Of a stretch of 56,218 nt of DNA, positions 9,581 through 19,097 are shown one piece after another. The DNA is from a virus (Duplodnaviria; Caudoviricetes), in IMG/VR virus record IMGVR_UViG_3300021961_000121, positions 1-56,218 of that record; one strand, 5' to 3'. A program made the translations under genes and the position numbers. How positions within the stretch are numbered: the first letter of the stretch is position 1; every line of letters starts with the position of its first letter. Under the pieces are notes generated by a model, which searched no databases, had not been told where the DNA came from, and saw nothing but the letters and a program-made list of their open reading frames with translations.

Positions 9581-9916
9581 TTAAATTCCACTTTCCATTC
9601 GTTGAACTCGTTCGTGGTGGTCAGCCTCTGAATACTCCACTACTGAAAGTGAAGGGTTGAATTGAGTCATAAACTTACCAGATGCAAATGACCAACAAAC
9701 TCGGTCAATATATTGTTTTATCATATAAGTCCTATCCGAAGAACCAAACCCTTGGTCTTCAGGCCAATCTTCAGTCCACTCTTCGGCAACTTCTTGTGCG
9801 ATATTTAACAACTCCCATTGGGGAATGTTCTTAACAAGTTCGGAATACCCACTAACTCGGTGGGAGTTGAAAATCAAGGTCTGGGGGTCGACTAAATAAT
9901 TCATACTATCTCTCAT
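9581..9916 (-). CDS. Hypothetical protein
   Basis: 111 aa ORF after promoter cassette; start may be 9904. Confidence 0.65.
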   Translation of the reverse strand: MRDSMNYLVDPQTLIFNSHRVSGYSELVKNIPQWELLNIAQEVAEEWTEDWPEDQGFGSSDRTYMIKQYIDRVCWSFASGKFMTQFNPSLSVVEYSEADHHERVQRMESGI

Positions 9917-9982
9917 TATTACAGTGTAAAGATAGTAAAAAGGCTTGGAATATCCAAGCCCTCTATGTTAAATTTATGTTAA
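9908..9982 (-). promoter_or_regulatory. Repeated early promoter cassette, copy 2, overlapping a terminator-like hairpin
   Basis: As copy 1; contains GGCTTGG-ATATT-CCAAGCC-TTTTT (9937-9960). Confidence 0.7.
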
Positions 9983-10003
9983 GTTTTCAACAAGTTATTA
10001 ACA

Positions 10004-10576
10004 TTATGATGATATACGGGCATATTCCGTATAGTCAGTCACATAATTACGAATACCGGTTATGTCTTTTTCGGCTAAAAGAACTAATCGTTGGTTGGTA
10101 TCATATACACCACTTTCCGTGTTTATGTCATTACGAGGTCCTGTAAGTTTCCACGGAAGTTTTACACTAACATAGTATTCATCTTTTAGATTTGAAAAAG
10201 TATTAGAATCAACTTCAGATATGATATTTGAAAAATGTCGTTTAGCAAAGTATCTAAAGAAAAACCCATTTGTATAATCTTTTTCAGTTGGTGGTATTTT
10301 ACTATATTCTGAAAATGTAAATGGTTCTGGAGATGCCTTCTTCAATAAATCATATTCAAATGTAGTTTTTTTAGATTCTTCGGATAAGTTGATGTATGGT
10401 ATCAACTTTTTAGATACATTCCGCAAATAACTTGAGCGTGTATATACCTCTCCCGAATAGTAAGTGTGATAATCACCAACATATTCAGTACCATCTTCCA
10501 ACATCCACTCCTTACCATTGGTATAGAGTCCTTTTTGGATTTGACCTTCCGGATAATATATTTTTTTTCTAGCCAT
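10004..10576 (-). CDS. Hypothetical protein at end of baseplate module
   Basis: Likely start MARKKIYYP at 10576 (TAATG coupling). Confidence 0.7.
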   Translation of the reverse strand: MARKKIYYPEGQIQKGLYTNGKEWMLEDGTEYVGDYHTYYSGEVYTRSSYLRNVSKKLIPYINLSEESKKTTFEYDLLKKASPEPFTFSEYSKIPPTEKDYTNGFFFRYFAKRHFSNIISEVDSNTFSNLKDEYYVSVKLPWKLTGPRNDINTESGVYDTNQRLVLLAEKDITGIRNYVTDYTEYARISS

Positions 10577-12282
10577 TATGTTTGCACCATCATATATCCA
10601 ACAATACCAGTTTCCCACATACTACCATCACATTTGTGTTCAATTTCACCCACTACAAATGAAATATTCCCAGTACCAACTGATGCTGGAATTGGAGTTA
10701 CCGTAAAAGATTGACCAAATTTTGGATTAAACCCATCAACTGTAACTGACAAGTCGATATTATATCTTATAAAAACACCTTTATTTGAAAGGTTTATATT
10801 AACATATTCTTTTAGAACGGAAGCAAGGTCGGTAGTTACGCTAGTATCGTACTTATTACCTATTTGTTCTTTTAGCTCTTTAAGTTTTTCAGAGGTATCA
10901 CCTCTTTCAGGAATTGTTCCTATCGGTGAACATCCGCTAAATATATTTTTACCAAAACTTTCAGGATATTCACCACCTCTTCCGGAAAAAGCAACAGCCA
11001 TCATATCGGGGTCAAGATTTGATGACATATTTACACTTCTAACAGGTGTATTTGTACTTCTTAAATTTAGTGCTCCACCACGGGAATACTTAACATCGTA
11101 ATTTTTGTTTACAAGTTTATAAACTTTTTTATTTGTATGGTCAGACCAAATTTGTACATTCACAAGCCCACCTGTCATATTTGATATTTCGCCAAATAGT
11201 TTTGATAGATATGCGTTTGCCGTATAAGCACCTTTTTCAGTTTTATCAGATTTTTTATCCAATAGGGATTCTTCAATTTCTTTTAAAAGTTGAGTTGACA
11301 CCCATAGGTCACTAATCACCCCAAGAGAACCACCAAGGCCTGAAAAGTTATTTTTATTTTCCGTAACACTTGGATGATATGCGGCACCTTCACCCGGCAA
11401 ACATACTTTTAAAGGGTCAGCTGATATCATTCCTGGCAATGCGTGGTATTTGTCACTCTCCCATTCAAATTTAATACCTGTCGTATCAATTGCTTTGTTG
11501 ATGTAAGTAATGACGGTTGCCAATGTGGTTACTGTTTGGTATTCACTTGTATCTGAAAACCAACCTGACTCCACAAATGCATTAATAATACCATAATTAT
11601 TTACTTGTTTAGCACTACCATCTTTTGAGGGAAGGCCTGCGCCTGTGAGTTTACCATCTTTATCTCGATTAACTCCCAAGACCTTTTGGGCCGTAATATC
11701 CACTCCTGCAAATAGAGTATAACCGACTCGTGTTGTACCATCGGCATCTTTAACTTCGTTAACGGTTGCCGAAGTAGGTATAAAAATACCACCAGCCGAA
11801 CCCGCATTTGAACCCAATGCTTTACAGGTACAACTCCAACTACCATCATCTACATTATAACTCCAACTAAAATCAAATACTTCCGCATCGGTTACTGACC
11901 AAGAACCACCGGTATTCCATCCAAGTTTGACTGTTAAAAGAGAACCCGGAATCATAAACGAGGTGGCTAACGAGTCCAACTCACTTTTATCATAAACATT
12001 ATATTGAAATTCAATTTCCCAAAGAGCGGCTTCTGACATATCACCACCACCGTGGTTTTTTGTAGTCAATGAAGTTAAATGAGATACGGGAGCATATCTA
12101 CCACCTCGTTGTACCTTTGGGTCGGCCGCACTATAAAAAGAAAGAGTTTTACCACCAGAACATCCAAATTTAGCATTTCCCGTACAAGTAACACTACCAT
12201 ACGCTCTTCGTTGATAGTTTGTTTGTTTTGAATTTGCCGGACCGGATGGCCAAGTAACTGTACCTGCGTCAAATAACCCCAT
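10576..12282 (-). CDS. Putative baseplate hub protein (gp27/GpD-like)
   Basis: Follows the LysM/gp53-like gene; VKLGW...FSWSYN.DGSW.C and C-terminal VGEIEHK...WET pattern. Confidence 0.55.
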   Translation of the reverse strand: MGLFDAGTVTWPSGPANSKQTNYQRRAYGSVTCTGNAKFGCSGGKTLSFYSAADPKVQRGGRYAPVSHLTSLTTKNHGGGDMSEAALWEIEFQYNVYDKSELDSLATSFMIPGSLLTVKLGWNTGGSWSVTDAEVFDFSWSYNVDDGSWSCTCKALGSNAGSAGGIFIPTSATVNEVKDADGTTRVGYTLFAGVDITAQKVLGVNRDKDGKLTGAGLPSKDGSAKQVNNYGIINAFVESGWFSDTSEYQTVTTLATVITYINKAIDTTGIKFEWESDKYHALPGMISADPLKVCLPGEGAAYHPSVTENKNNFSGLGGSLGVISDLWVSTQLLKEIEESLLDKKSDKTEKGAYTANAYLSKLFGEISNMTGGLVNVQIWSDHTNKKVYKLVNKNYDVKYSRGGALNLRSTNTPVRSVNMSSNLDPDMMAVAFSGRGGEYPESFGKNIFSGCSPIGTIPERGDTSEKLKELKEQIGNKYDTSVTTDLASVLKEYVNINLSNKGVFIRYNIDLSVTVDGFNPKFGQSFTVTPIPASVGTGNISFVVGEIEHKCDGSMWETGIVGYMMVQT

Positions 12283-12285
12283 AAC

Positions 12286-12594
12286 TTATTCCTCTCTGTT
12301 GAGATTGTAATACTCCTCTTCAAATGTAAATATAGAGGATGGGTCTGGAATTCGTATTTGTTTTCCAAGTGGAACTACTAAATCACCTTTACCAATATTA
12401 TTTGCTCTAGCAATTACCCACCAAAAAGTAGAATTACCATAGTATTTGAACGCAAGATTGTCCAATCTATCACCAATCTGACCTGTGATGTATACATCAT
12501 TTTCAGTTGGTTCGATGACCGGTAATAAAGTGGTTGACAAAAATCGTTTTCCGTTCTTGTCTTTTAAAACTTTTATATCTTTGTATCGTTCCAT
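12286..12594 (-). CDS. LysM/gp53-like baseplate wedge protein
   Basis: GDRLDNLAFKYYGNSTFWWVIARANNI...G.QIRIP. Confidence 0.85.
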   Translation of the reverse strand: MERYKDIKVLKDKNGKRFLSTTLLPVIEPTENDVYITGQIGDRLDNLAFKYYGNSTFWWVIARANNIGKGDLVVPLGKQIRIPDPSSIFTFEEEYYNLNREE

Positions 12595-12599
12595 AATTT

Positions 12600-15161
12600 T
12601 TACTTAAATGAATATTCTTTACTACTACCATTATACACACTACCATTGGGTAATAGAGTCAAACTAATATTTACATCAGCACCCATAGGTAATTCACCCA
12701 AAGCACCATCTTGATTGGTATCCCAAGGTAAATCATCAGGTATGGTGTAACTCAACGAAGTTATAAATGATGCAACATTGTTATATAAATCACCCAATCT
12801 AAAATAAACAAGGTAACCTGTATAAGTATTACTACTATGAATTGGATACGCCATTCTCGATAGTTCATCTAACTTATTCCACATATTTTGCATATCACCA
12901 CGAGATTCGGCATATACTTTAAAATTAAATGAAAGTGTTCTTTCAAACTCCTCGTACATATATGTCTTATCCGCACGACCTGGATATTTCACACCATTCC
13001 ACGAAGGTGAGAATGTTTCAGTAATACCACTAACAGTACTTCTGAATTGTAATATCTGAGCAGTTGGTGAATTTTTTCTAAAATACAAAGTTACAAAGTC
13101 AGATTTAATGTCGGAACTATAAACCTGTTTATTTATTTCATCCCCACTATCACGATGTAATACTGAAGAAGCACCAAACATATTTGCAAAAGTTTTTTGA
13201 GTACCAGGTAGAGGTGAACTTAATTTATAACGACTACCGATTCCGGCTTTTTTATAACCATACTTCCCACCTTGACCGGATAATGGGTCTTTTAATGTAC
13301 CAGGATACAATTCTCTAAAATCGGTTGGATTTGTAGTCATAGGGTCATTAGCACGCTTAGCTATTTTAGCATAAGAGATTGCTTCGTAATCGGCAATATC
13401 AGCTTGACCTTTAATCAACCCATCAGATTCATATAACCCTCGTTGTTTAAATTTGGTATCAATTGGAATCGGTGAGTTTTCTTCGGTCTGATATGATAGG
13501 TTACCTTCGTTGTCATCGGGTAGAGATTCGGTGTATGTTTTAAAATTCTTTTTGAACGGGTCATATTTTTGTTCAAATGCTTTCCAAGATGACCACCCAC
13601 CACCAACATCAACAGCTCTACCCGCTTGAGAATCACCCCAATCTTTACCATCGTTTTGGAAAGTATCTACATATTGTGTTGTGAAGGTTTTTCCAATTCC
13701 ATAGAATGAATCAGGACCACCTTTTTGTTCTTTAAGAGTACGACCAACTCCAAGTTTTAATTTATTGTTATAAAGGTATGATATACCCTCAACCTCGGTA
13801 GATTTTTGAGCAAGCAATCCTGCGATTTTGCTTGTCTTTTCAGCAACCTTGATAACACGCATCTTAAAACCATATTTCCAAGATTCATCACCAATTGGTA
13901 TAATTCCAGGCCTATCCCATCTTAAACCAATATGTTGGCTCAAAACATTAGCAAGAAGATTAATTGGAGTCCACGCTTTACCATATGTATTGGTTCTCTG
14001 CATTCCAATTTGTTTTAATCCCCAAATAAGACCCCGTGGTGTTAGAATCATTTGAGCGATTCTGGCGGTATCAAACGCGGCACGAGTTGTTGAGGTTACA
14101 GCACCACCTCTAATAAACGACAATCCACCAATACCATAATTAAATGGTTCACCTTTTTTGGTTTGGATGCCTGTGAGAATAAGTGGATGTTTAATAAACC
14201 AATTATTTGGAGAATCTTCTTTAAGATTGAATCTATTGTATTCTTTCTTTAAAACTTTGTTTGTATATGACTTTTTAAGACCATTATCCAAGTCACGGGT
14301 CACATTATAGTTTACAGCAGTTGTAAAATCAAATTTAGAATTTAATTTTGTGACTTTAGATTGTTCATTATACTTTTTTGGAGTATTTAAACCATATAAT
14401 GAGGTAGTACCATCAAAATTAGTTTGTGTGGGGTCTACACCTCTGAATTTAGAAGGTGATTTATGTTTTTGTAATGGACTAAATCCCCACGCGTCTTCGT
14501 TAGAGAAGAAATCAACAAATTTAGGGTCTTTTCCCTGCTTCTCAAGGTTAGGGTCATATGTAATTAAGGTAGGGTCAGTTTCACCTTTAAACTTATCACC
14601 TTGAGTTATATTCGTTGTATTCGTTTCACCCAAGAATTGAGCAGATAGGTTTGATTTAGTAGGATTTGTTTCACCCAAGAATTGTTTTACGAACTTGAAC
14701 TCGTTTGGGGTGGTTTCTCCTTTGAACTTTTCCGCATTGGAGTATCCTTGAGGAGTCGTTTCACCCTTATATCTATCTCCTTGAGTAATATCTTTTGTTT
14801 CGGTTTCACCTTTGAATTTATCCCCTTGTTCAACTACCTTTGGTTCGGTTTGTCCCAAGAATCTTTCTTTTAGGGACATCTTTGTTGGTGTAGTTTCACC
14901 CAAATAGTTCGATGTGTTATCAAACTTATTTGGAGTTGTTTCACCCAAGAAATTGGATGAGTTGTCGAACTTGTTTGGGGTAACTCCTTGTTTAGGTGTC
15001 GTAAGGTTTGATTTTGGCGCAGCTGGAGTTGAGTCCACAAATTGAGATAGTGGAGTTTGATTAGTCGACTTTGGTACTTCCACTCGTTTTTGTTCTACAA
15101 GCGGTTTCTCAACAGGTCTTCTAAATTTAGAAAGGTCAGATTTTAAATCCTTTAACGCCAT
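12600..15161 (-). CDS. Baseplate/tail-tube initiator-like protein with long N-terminal extension
   Basis: C-terminal ETFSPSW...GR...RTLSFNF...ITSLSYT; lies between tape measure and LysM genes. Confidence 0.65.
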   Translation of the reverse strand: MALKDLKSDLSKFRRPVEKPLVEQKRVEVPKSTNQTPLSQFVDSTPAAPKSNLTTPKQGVTPNKFDNSSNFLGETTPNKFDNTSNYLGETTPTKMSLKERFLGQTEPKVVEQGDKFKGETETKDITQGDRYKGETTPQGYSNAEKFKGETTPNEFKFVKQFLGETNPTKSNLSAQFLGETNTTNITQGDKFKGETDPTLITYDPNLEKQGKDPKFVDFFSNEDAWGFSPLQKHKSPSKFRGVDPTQTNFDGTTSLYGLNTPKKYNEQSKVTKLNSKFDFTTAVNYNVTRDLDNGLKKSYTNKVLKKEYNRFNLKEDSPNNWFIKHPLILTGIQTKKGEPFNYGIGGLSFIRGGAVTSTTRAAFDTARIAQMILTPRGLIWGLKQIGMQRTNTYGKAWTPINLLANVLSQHIGLRWDRPGIIPIGDESWKYGFKMRVIKVAEKTSKIAGLLAQKSTEVEGISYLYNNKLKLGVGRTLKEQKGGPDSFYGIGKTFTTQYVDTFQNDGKDWGDSQAGRAVDVGGGWSSWKAFEQKYDPFKKNFKTYTESLPDDNEGNLSYQTEENSPIPIDTKFKQRGLYESDGLIKGQADIADYEAISYAKIAKRANDPMTTNPTDFRELYPGTLKDPLSGQGGKYGYKKAGIGSRYKLSSPLPGTQKTFANMFGASSVLHRDSGDEINKQVYSSDIKSDFVTLYFRKNSPTAQILQFRSTVSGITETFSPSWNGVKYPGRADKTYMYEEFERTLSFNFKVYAESRGDMQNMWNKLDELSRMAYPIHSSNTYTGYLVYFRLGDLYNNVASFITSLSYTIPDDLPWDTNQDGALGELPMGADVNISLTLLPNGSVYNGSSKEYSFK
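14568..14951 (-). repeat. Nine tandem 15-aa repeats [FY][LK]G[EQ]T
   Basis: FLGETTPNKFDNTSN / YLGETTPTKMSLKER / ... / FKGETDPT with exact 45-nt period. Confidence 0.85.
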
Positions 15162-15171
15162 TTAGGTTTCC

Positions 15172-17337
15172 TTATTTGAATTGGTTTCTATAACCTTGCA
15201 TTCTACTATTTTTCTTATTGATTGTAGAAACTACCTTATCATCAATAACTATTTGAACAGGTTGATTTTGTATGTCTGAACGAAGACCTCTAATTTCTTC
15301 TAATAATGGGTCTGAAGTAGTTCCACCACCGGTTGAAGATGATTCGGATTCACCCCCACCAAAGCCAAGAGCACTTGCGATTAGTGGTAACATCATTCCA
15401 AGAACCATAATTGTTGGTAAGAAAAGGGTTACTGCGGCAAGACCTACACTCATAGCGATTAAACCTATACCAAGAAGACCAAATATACCAGCGAGTGCAA
15501 TTAGACCAGGAGCAATCAATACCAATGCTACCAAGTTTTCAGTTAAAGCACCCATCATCTCAAAACCTTTGGCTATTTCTTGGATAGCTTTACCCAACAC
15601 GAACATAGCAGCGGCGATTACTAACATTGCGGCGGCACCGGCGAGAATAGCAACAGCACCTACACCACTCATCATAATAGCACCAACAAGAGCAAGAGCA
15701 CCAACAAGTGCTAACATCGATACAACAGCCATTCCAACCGCTTCCCACGATACCACCATAAATTCTTGAACGGCTTTAGCAAATACGAATACAGCAGCAG
15801 CCACAATTACTAACGCAGCGGCTCCTTGTATAACCTTACCCATATCCATCTTACCAATAGCGTCAGTTATACCACCCATAGCACCGCCACCACCTTTACC
15901 ACCACCTGCACCGCCCGCGGCTCCACCAACACTTTTTGATAAAGTTTTCATCATAAGATATTGACCAACCATTTGGGCTAAAAGTGGAAGAGATGATAAA
16001 GCACCTTGTTTAATTTGGTCAAACATAGCTTTTTGAGCGGCCTCTTGTTCTTGGATAGCAATTGCTTCTGCGGTAGTAGATACGCCAGTTTCCTTCATTA
16101 TCTTGTCCAACTCTTCTTGTTTCTGAACCATCTCGGTGAGTTGTTCTGCTGATGTGCCATAACTTTGAGCTAATATCTCAACTTGTTTTGCACCCATATT
16201 TCCAAGCTTGTCTGATGTAAGTCCAGCTTCTTTCATAGCATCGGCCATCATTTCCATACCTTTGGCTTTATCACCATAGTTCATTTCCATAGCAGCTTGA
16301 CGCATTTTTTCGGTATCACCCATCATCTCACTCATACCAAACGCACGAGCTTTGGTTTGAGCTCTTAATGAAGTTTCAATGTCCAACATATTTGCTGACA
16401 TCTCATCCATCATTTTCACACTCATACCTTGTTTTTTGAGTTGTACTGTTTTTTCAGCAAGATATTTAAGTTCCTCTTTGGATTTACCAACCATAGAAAC
16501 CATACTACCTTCCATCTCCTTGAATACCTCACTCGCATTTACACCCGCGTCTTGAGCCATCGCTTGAATTTCATTGGTCAAATCACCAGCATTACCAGAC
16601 GCCGATTCAAAAATTGAATTCATTTGAGCAGCACCATCAACACCCATAGCACTTAACTTTGTGATGTTTTTCTGCATATCAGCAGTTACAACTTTGGTAC
16701 TACCATAATAATCAGAAGCGTCTTTGGCAGCTTGTGCTAACGCCTCACCACCATACAAAAGACCCTCCATAGAAAGCATAGCACTCATAGTGTTTCCGGC
16801 TAAACGAGCAGATTCGGCAGCAGTAGCACCTGTTTGAGTGTATAGGTCTTTAGCAAGACCCACGGTTGACTCAAATGCGGATGATATCATTTCGGTAGCT
16901 TTTTTGGCTACTGCCATACCAATACCAAACGCAATACCATTTTTAAGCATATCGGATGATAATCCTACTGACCCAAGTAGAGAATCCTTAAAATCTTTAC
17001 CAAGGTCTTTAATTTCTTGTTCAACTTCTTTTCGTTCTTTTTCCTTTTTTAGAAGGTCAAGTGACAAATCCAATCGTTTTACAAGGTCTTCATTAATTAT
17101 CTTACCAGTTTTAAGAGCTTCTTCAAGATAATCGTTCTTTTCTTGTTCAAGAATCGATATTTGGTCTTCTAATGAAATTTGTCCCTTTAAGTTCTTTGTA
17201 ATCTGCCCCATAATATCAGCAGATGCCTTTGTAGTGGCAAGATTTTTAGACAAAATATCAGATATGGCTTGAAAGTTATCTCTAGCTTCAAGCGCCGCAT
17301 CTCTCATTCTTTTAGTTTCATCAGCAGAAGAAGCCAT
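15172..17337 (-). CDS. Tape measure protein
   Basis: 721 aa Ala/Met/Gln-rich helical protein with hydrophobic segment; follows the chaperone pair and precedes baseplate genes. Confidence 0.8.
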   Translation of the reverse strand: MASSADETKRMRDAALEARDNFQAISDILSKNLATTKASADIMGQITKNLKGQISLEDQISILEQEKNDYLEEALKTGKIINEDLVKRLDLSLDLLKKEKERKEVEQEIKDLGKDFKDSLLGSVGLSSDMLKNGIAFGIGMAVAKKATEMISSAFESTVGLAKDLYTQTGATAAESARLAGNTMSAMLSMEGLLYGGEALAQAAKDASDYYGSTKVVTADMQKNITKLSAMGVDGAAQMNSIFESASGNAGDLTNEIQAMAQDAGVNASEVFKEMEGSMVSMVGKSKEELKYLAEKTVQLKKQGMSVKMMDEMSANMLDIETSLRAQTKARAFGMSEMMGDTEKMRQAAMEMNYGDKAKGMEMMADAMKEAGLTSDKLGNMGAKQVEILAQSYGTSAEQLTEMVQKQEELDKIMKETGVSTTAEAIAIQEQEAAQKAMFDQIKQGALSSLPLLAQMVGQYLMMKTLSKSVGGAAGGAGGGKGGGGAMGGITDAIGKMDMGKVIQGAAALVIVAAAVFVFAKAVQEFMVVSWEAVGMAVVSMLALVGALALVGAIMMSGVGAVAILAGAAAMLVIAAAMFVLGKAIQEIAKGFEMMGALTENLVALVLIAPGLIALAGIFGLLGIGLIAMSVGLAAVTLFLPTIMVLGMMLPLIASALGFGGGESESSSTGGGTTSDPLLEEIRGLRSDIQNQPVQIVIDDKVVSTINKKNSRMQGYRNQFK

Positions 17338-17348
17338 ATTCTATACCC

Positions 17349-17582
17349 TTACTTTTCAATTACCTTCTTAACGCTAGCTGGAATGGCATCGTAACTACCA
17401 TAGAATTTAATAAACTCATCTCGTAAACTATCACGAGTTTTCTTTAGTTTACTTGTTAATTCTTTAGATTTCTTATCTACCTTGCGTTGCTGAATAATAC
17501 CAATAAGTCCATCGATGAAACCCTCATCAATCCCTTTGGCTTTTAAAGTTTCCCTTAATTTAGATTCTTTTACTGGTACCAT
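17349..17582 (-). CDS. Small hypothetical late protein
   Basis: 77 aa; GGAG and late motif (17600-17607) upstream. Confidence 0.7.
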   Translation of the reverse strand: MVPVKESKLRETLKAKGIDEGFIDGLIGIIQQRKVDKKSKELTSKLKKTRDSLRDEFIKFYGSYDAIPASVKKVIEK

Positions 17583-17611
17583 ATTTGAACTCCATATAGT
17601 ATAAATATAGA

Positions 17612-17637
17612 AATACCCAACAAATGTGTTGGGTATT
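17612..17637 (-). terminator. Intrinsic terminator-like hairpin
   Basis: AATACCCAACA-4nt-TGTTGGGTATT perfect 11-bp stem just after a stop codon. Confidence 0.65.
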
Positions 17638-17639
17638 CC

Positions 17640-17856
17640 TTATTTCCTTATTTTACTACGAACTTTAGCGGCTTCTTTATCGTGAGCCTTCTTTTCTTCT
17701 TGTTTAAATTCTATAATCTTTCCAATATAGAACTTTCTAGCCCATACAGGCATATTGTAAACATCCGAAAAAGTAAATCCACCATTTCCGTGGTAAATTA
17801 AATCAAAAATGTGAGCGTGAAGATGCTTCCTATAATCAAGATTGAGGCCAAAAAAA
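17640..17856 (-). CDS. Tail assembly chaperone C-terminal frame (probably reached by frameshift)
   Basis: FGLNLDYRKHLHAHIFDLIYHGNGGFTFSDVYNMPVWARKFYI...; no good independent start; overlaps the upstream gene at a T7 run. Confidence 0.65.
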
Positions 17857-18708
17857 GCCAGTATCCATAGGCAGTAGCATCTCCCTCCTTTCCCCGGTTT
17901 CTTCTGAAACAAACTCCCAAGTTAAGTCAATATCAGGAACTACTTGGTTGATATAACCACGGAGGGCTTTTGAATCAACTGCAAATAGCTCGTTATCAAC
18001 AAAGTGATTAATTGTCTTTTGGTCAGTATCACCATCTACTGATAGAATCATAGTTTTCATACGAGTAGTTAGTTCTCGCGAGGTTTCATCTTTTAATTTA
18101 CGATTCGCCTTCTTGAGTTCTTCAACCTCGTGTTTAACTTTTCTTTCTTTAGATTCACTCATAGCCATAAATGTAATTTTACGACCTGATGATGGGAGCG
18201 TGAACTCAAATTCGTTCTTGTGAAGTTCCACTTGATTAGAACCATCATATTCCTTGTTCTCAAATTGAGTAAGGTCGATAGTTTCTTTTTGTTTGTTGTT
18301 CGAAAATGGGTCTTGAATCTCTACTTCATAATCTTTACCATATCCCAAAATTCTTGCAGCAATCATAATGGCGTTCTTATCACCAGTAACCAAATCAACA
18401 TATTTGATTGATTGACCTTCACCATTACCTACAATAAGAGATTGGAATAATCGGTCAAGAACTGACCCATCCTTAATATATGATTGAGTTGTAAGGATAT
18501 CTTCCTCTTTTGCAGTCATATATTTCATTTCAACTTTACCAGTCGAAAGGGGATTGTCCTTTGAATAGACAAGCCCCCTCGATGGTAATTCAATAATTTC
18601 GGTAGGGAATTTGTAATCACGAATTTGTTGAACTTCGTGTTGTGCCCTAATTTGTGAGGCGATGTCTTTATCCGACATCCCTTTGTAGTCATCTTGTAAA
18701 TCTACCAT
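17836..18708 (-). CDS. T4 gp26-like hub subunit / tail assembly chaperone
   Basis: IELPSRG...MTAKEEDIL...ARILGYG...IDL, ends FFWP; lies between tube and tape measure genes. Confidence 0.75.
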   Translation of the reverse strand: MVDLQDDYKGMSDKDIASQIRAQHEVQQIRDYKFPTEIIELPSRGLVYSKDNPLSTGKVEMKYMTAKEEDILTTQSYIKDGSVLDRLFQSLIVGNGEGQSIKYVDLVTGDKNAIMIAARILGYGKDYEVEIQDPFSNNKQKETIDLTQFENKEYDGSNQVELHKNEFEFTLPSSGRKITFMAMSESKERKVKHEVEELKKANRKLKDETSRELTTRMKTMILSVDGDTDQKTINHFVDNELFAVDSKALRGYINQVVPDIDLTWEFVSEETGERREMLLPMDTGFFWPQS

Positions 18709-18727
18709 AACTTATTATTTTTTTAGA

Positions 18728-18979
18728 TTAGGATAATTCGATAGAATAATTTCCTTCAGTACCTACTAATTTAGATGTACCAACAACAAACCCTTCAGGA
18801 AGTTCGATTTCAATTGAGATACCCTCTCTTGAACCTTTGTCCCAACCTGGATTGGGAAGACCCCATTCTGGTGTAGCTGCGTCAATAGTGAAATGTTCTT
18901 CACCTGCGTCTACGAATGAACCTACGCCGTTTGCGTATTCAACAACATTAGTGTCAATGCTTCTAACAAAATTAATCAT
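18728..18979 (-). CDS. Hypothetical late protein
   Basis: 83 aa; AAGGAG and late motif (19008-19015) upstream. Confidence 0.72.
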   Translation of the reverse strand: MINFVRSIDTNVVEYANGVGSFVDAGEEHFTIDAATPEWGLPNPGWDKGSREGISIEIELPEGFVVGTSKLVGTEGNYSIELS

Positions 18980-19037
18980 ATATTTCTCCTTTAATTGGTT
19001 AACCTCATATAAATATGGAAATAAAACTTTTTAATAC

Positions 19038-19065
19038 AAAAAAACCCCCACAAAAAGTGGGGGTT
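19038..19065 (-). terminator. Intrinsic terminator after tail tube gene
   Basis: Minus strand AACCCCCAC-TTTTT-GTGGGGGTT followed by T tract. Confidence 0.85.
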
Positions 19066-19097
19066 CTCATTTTCCAATTATTATTACAATCCGTATT

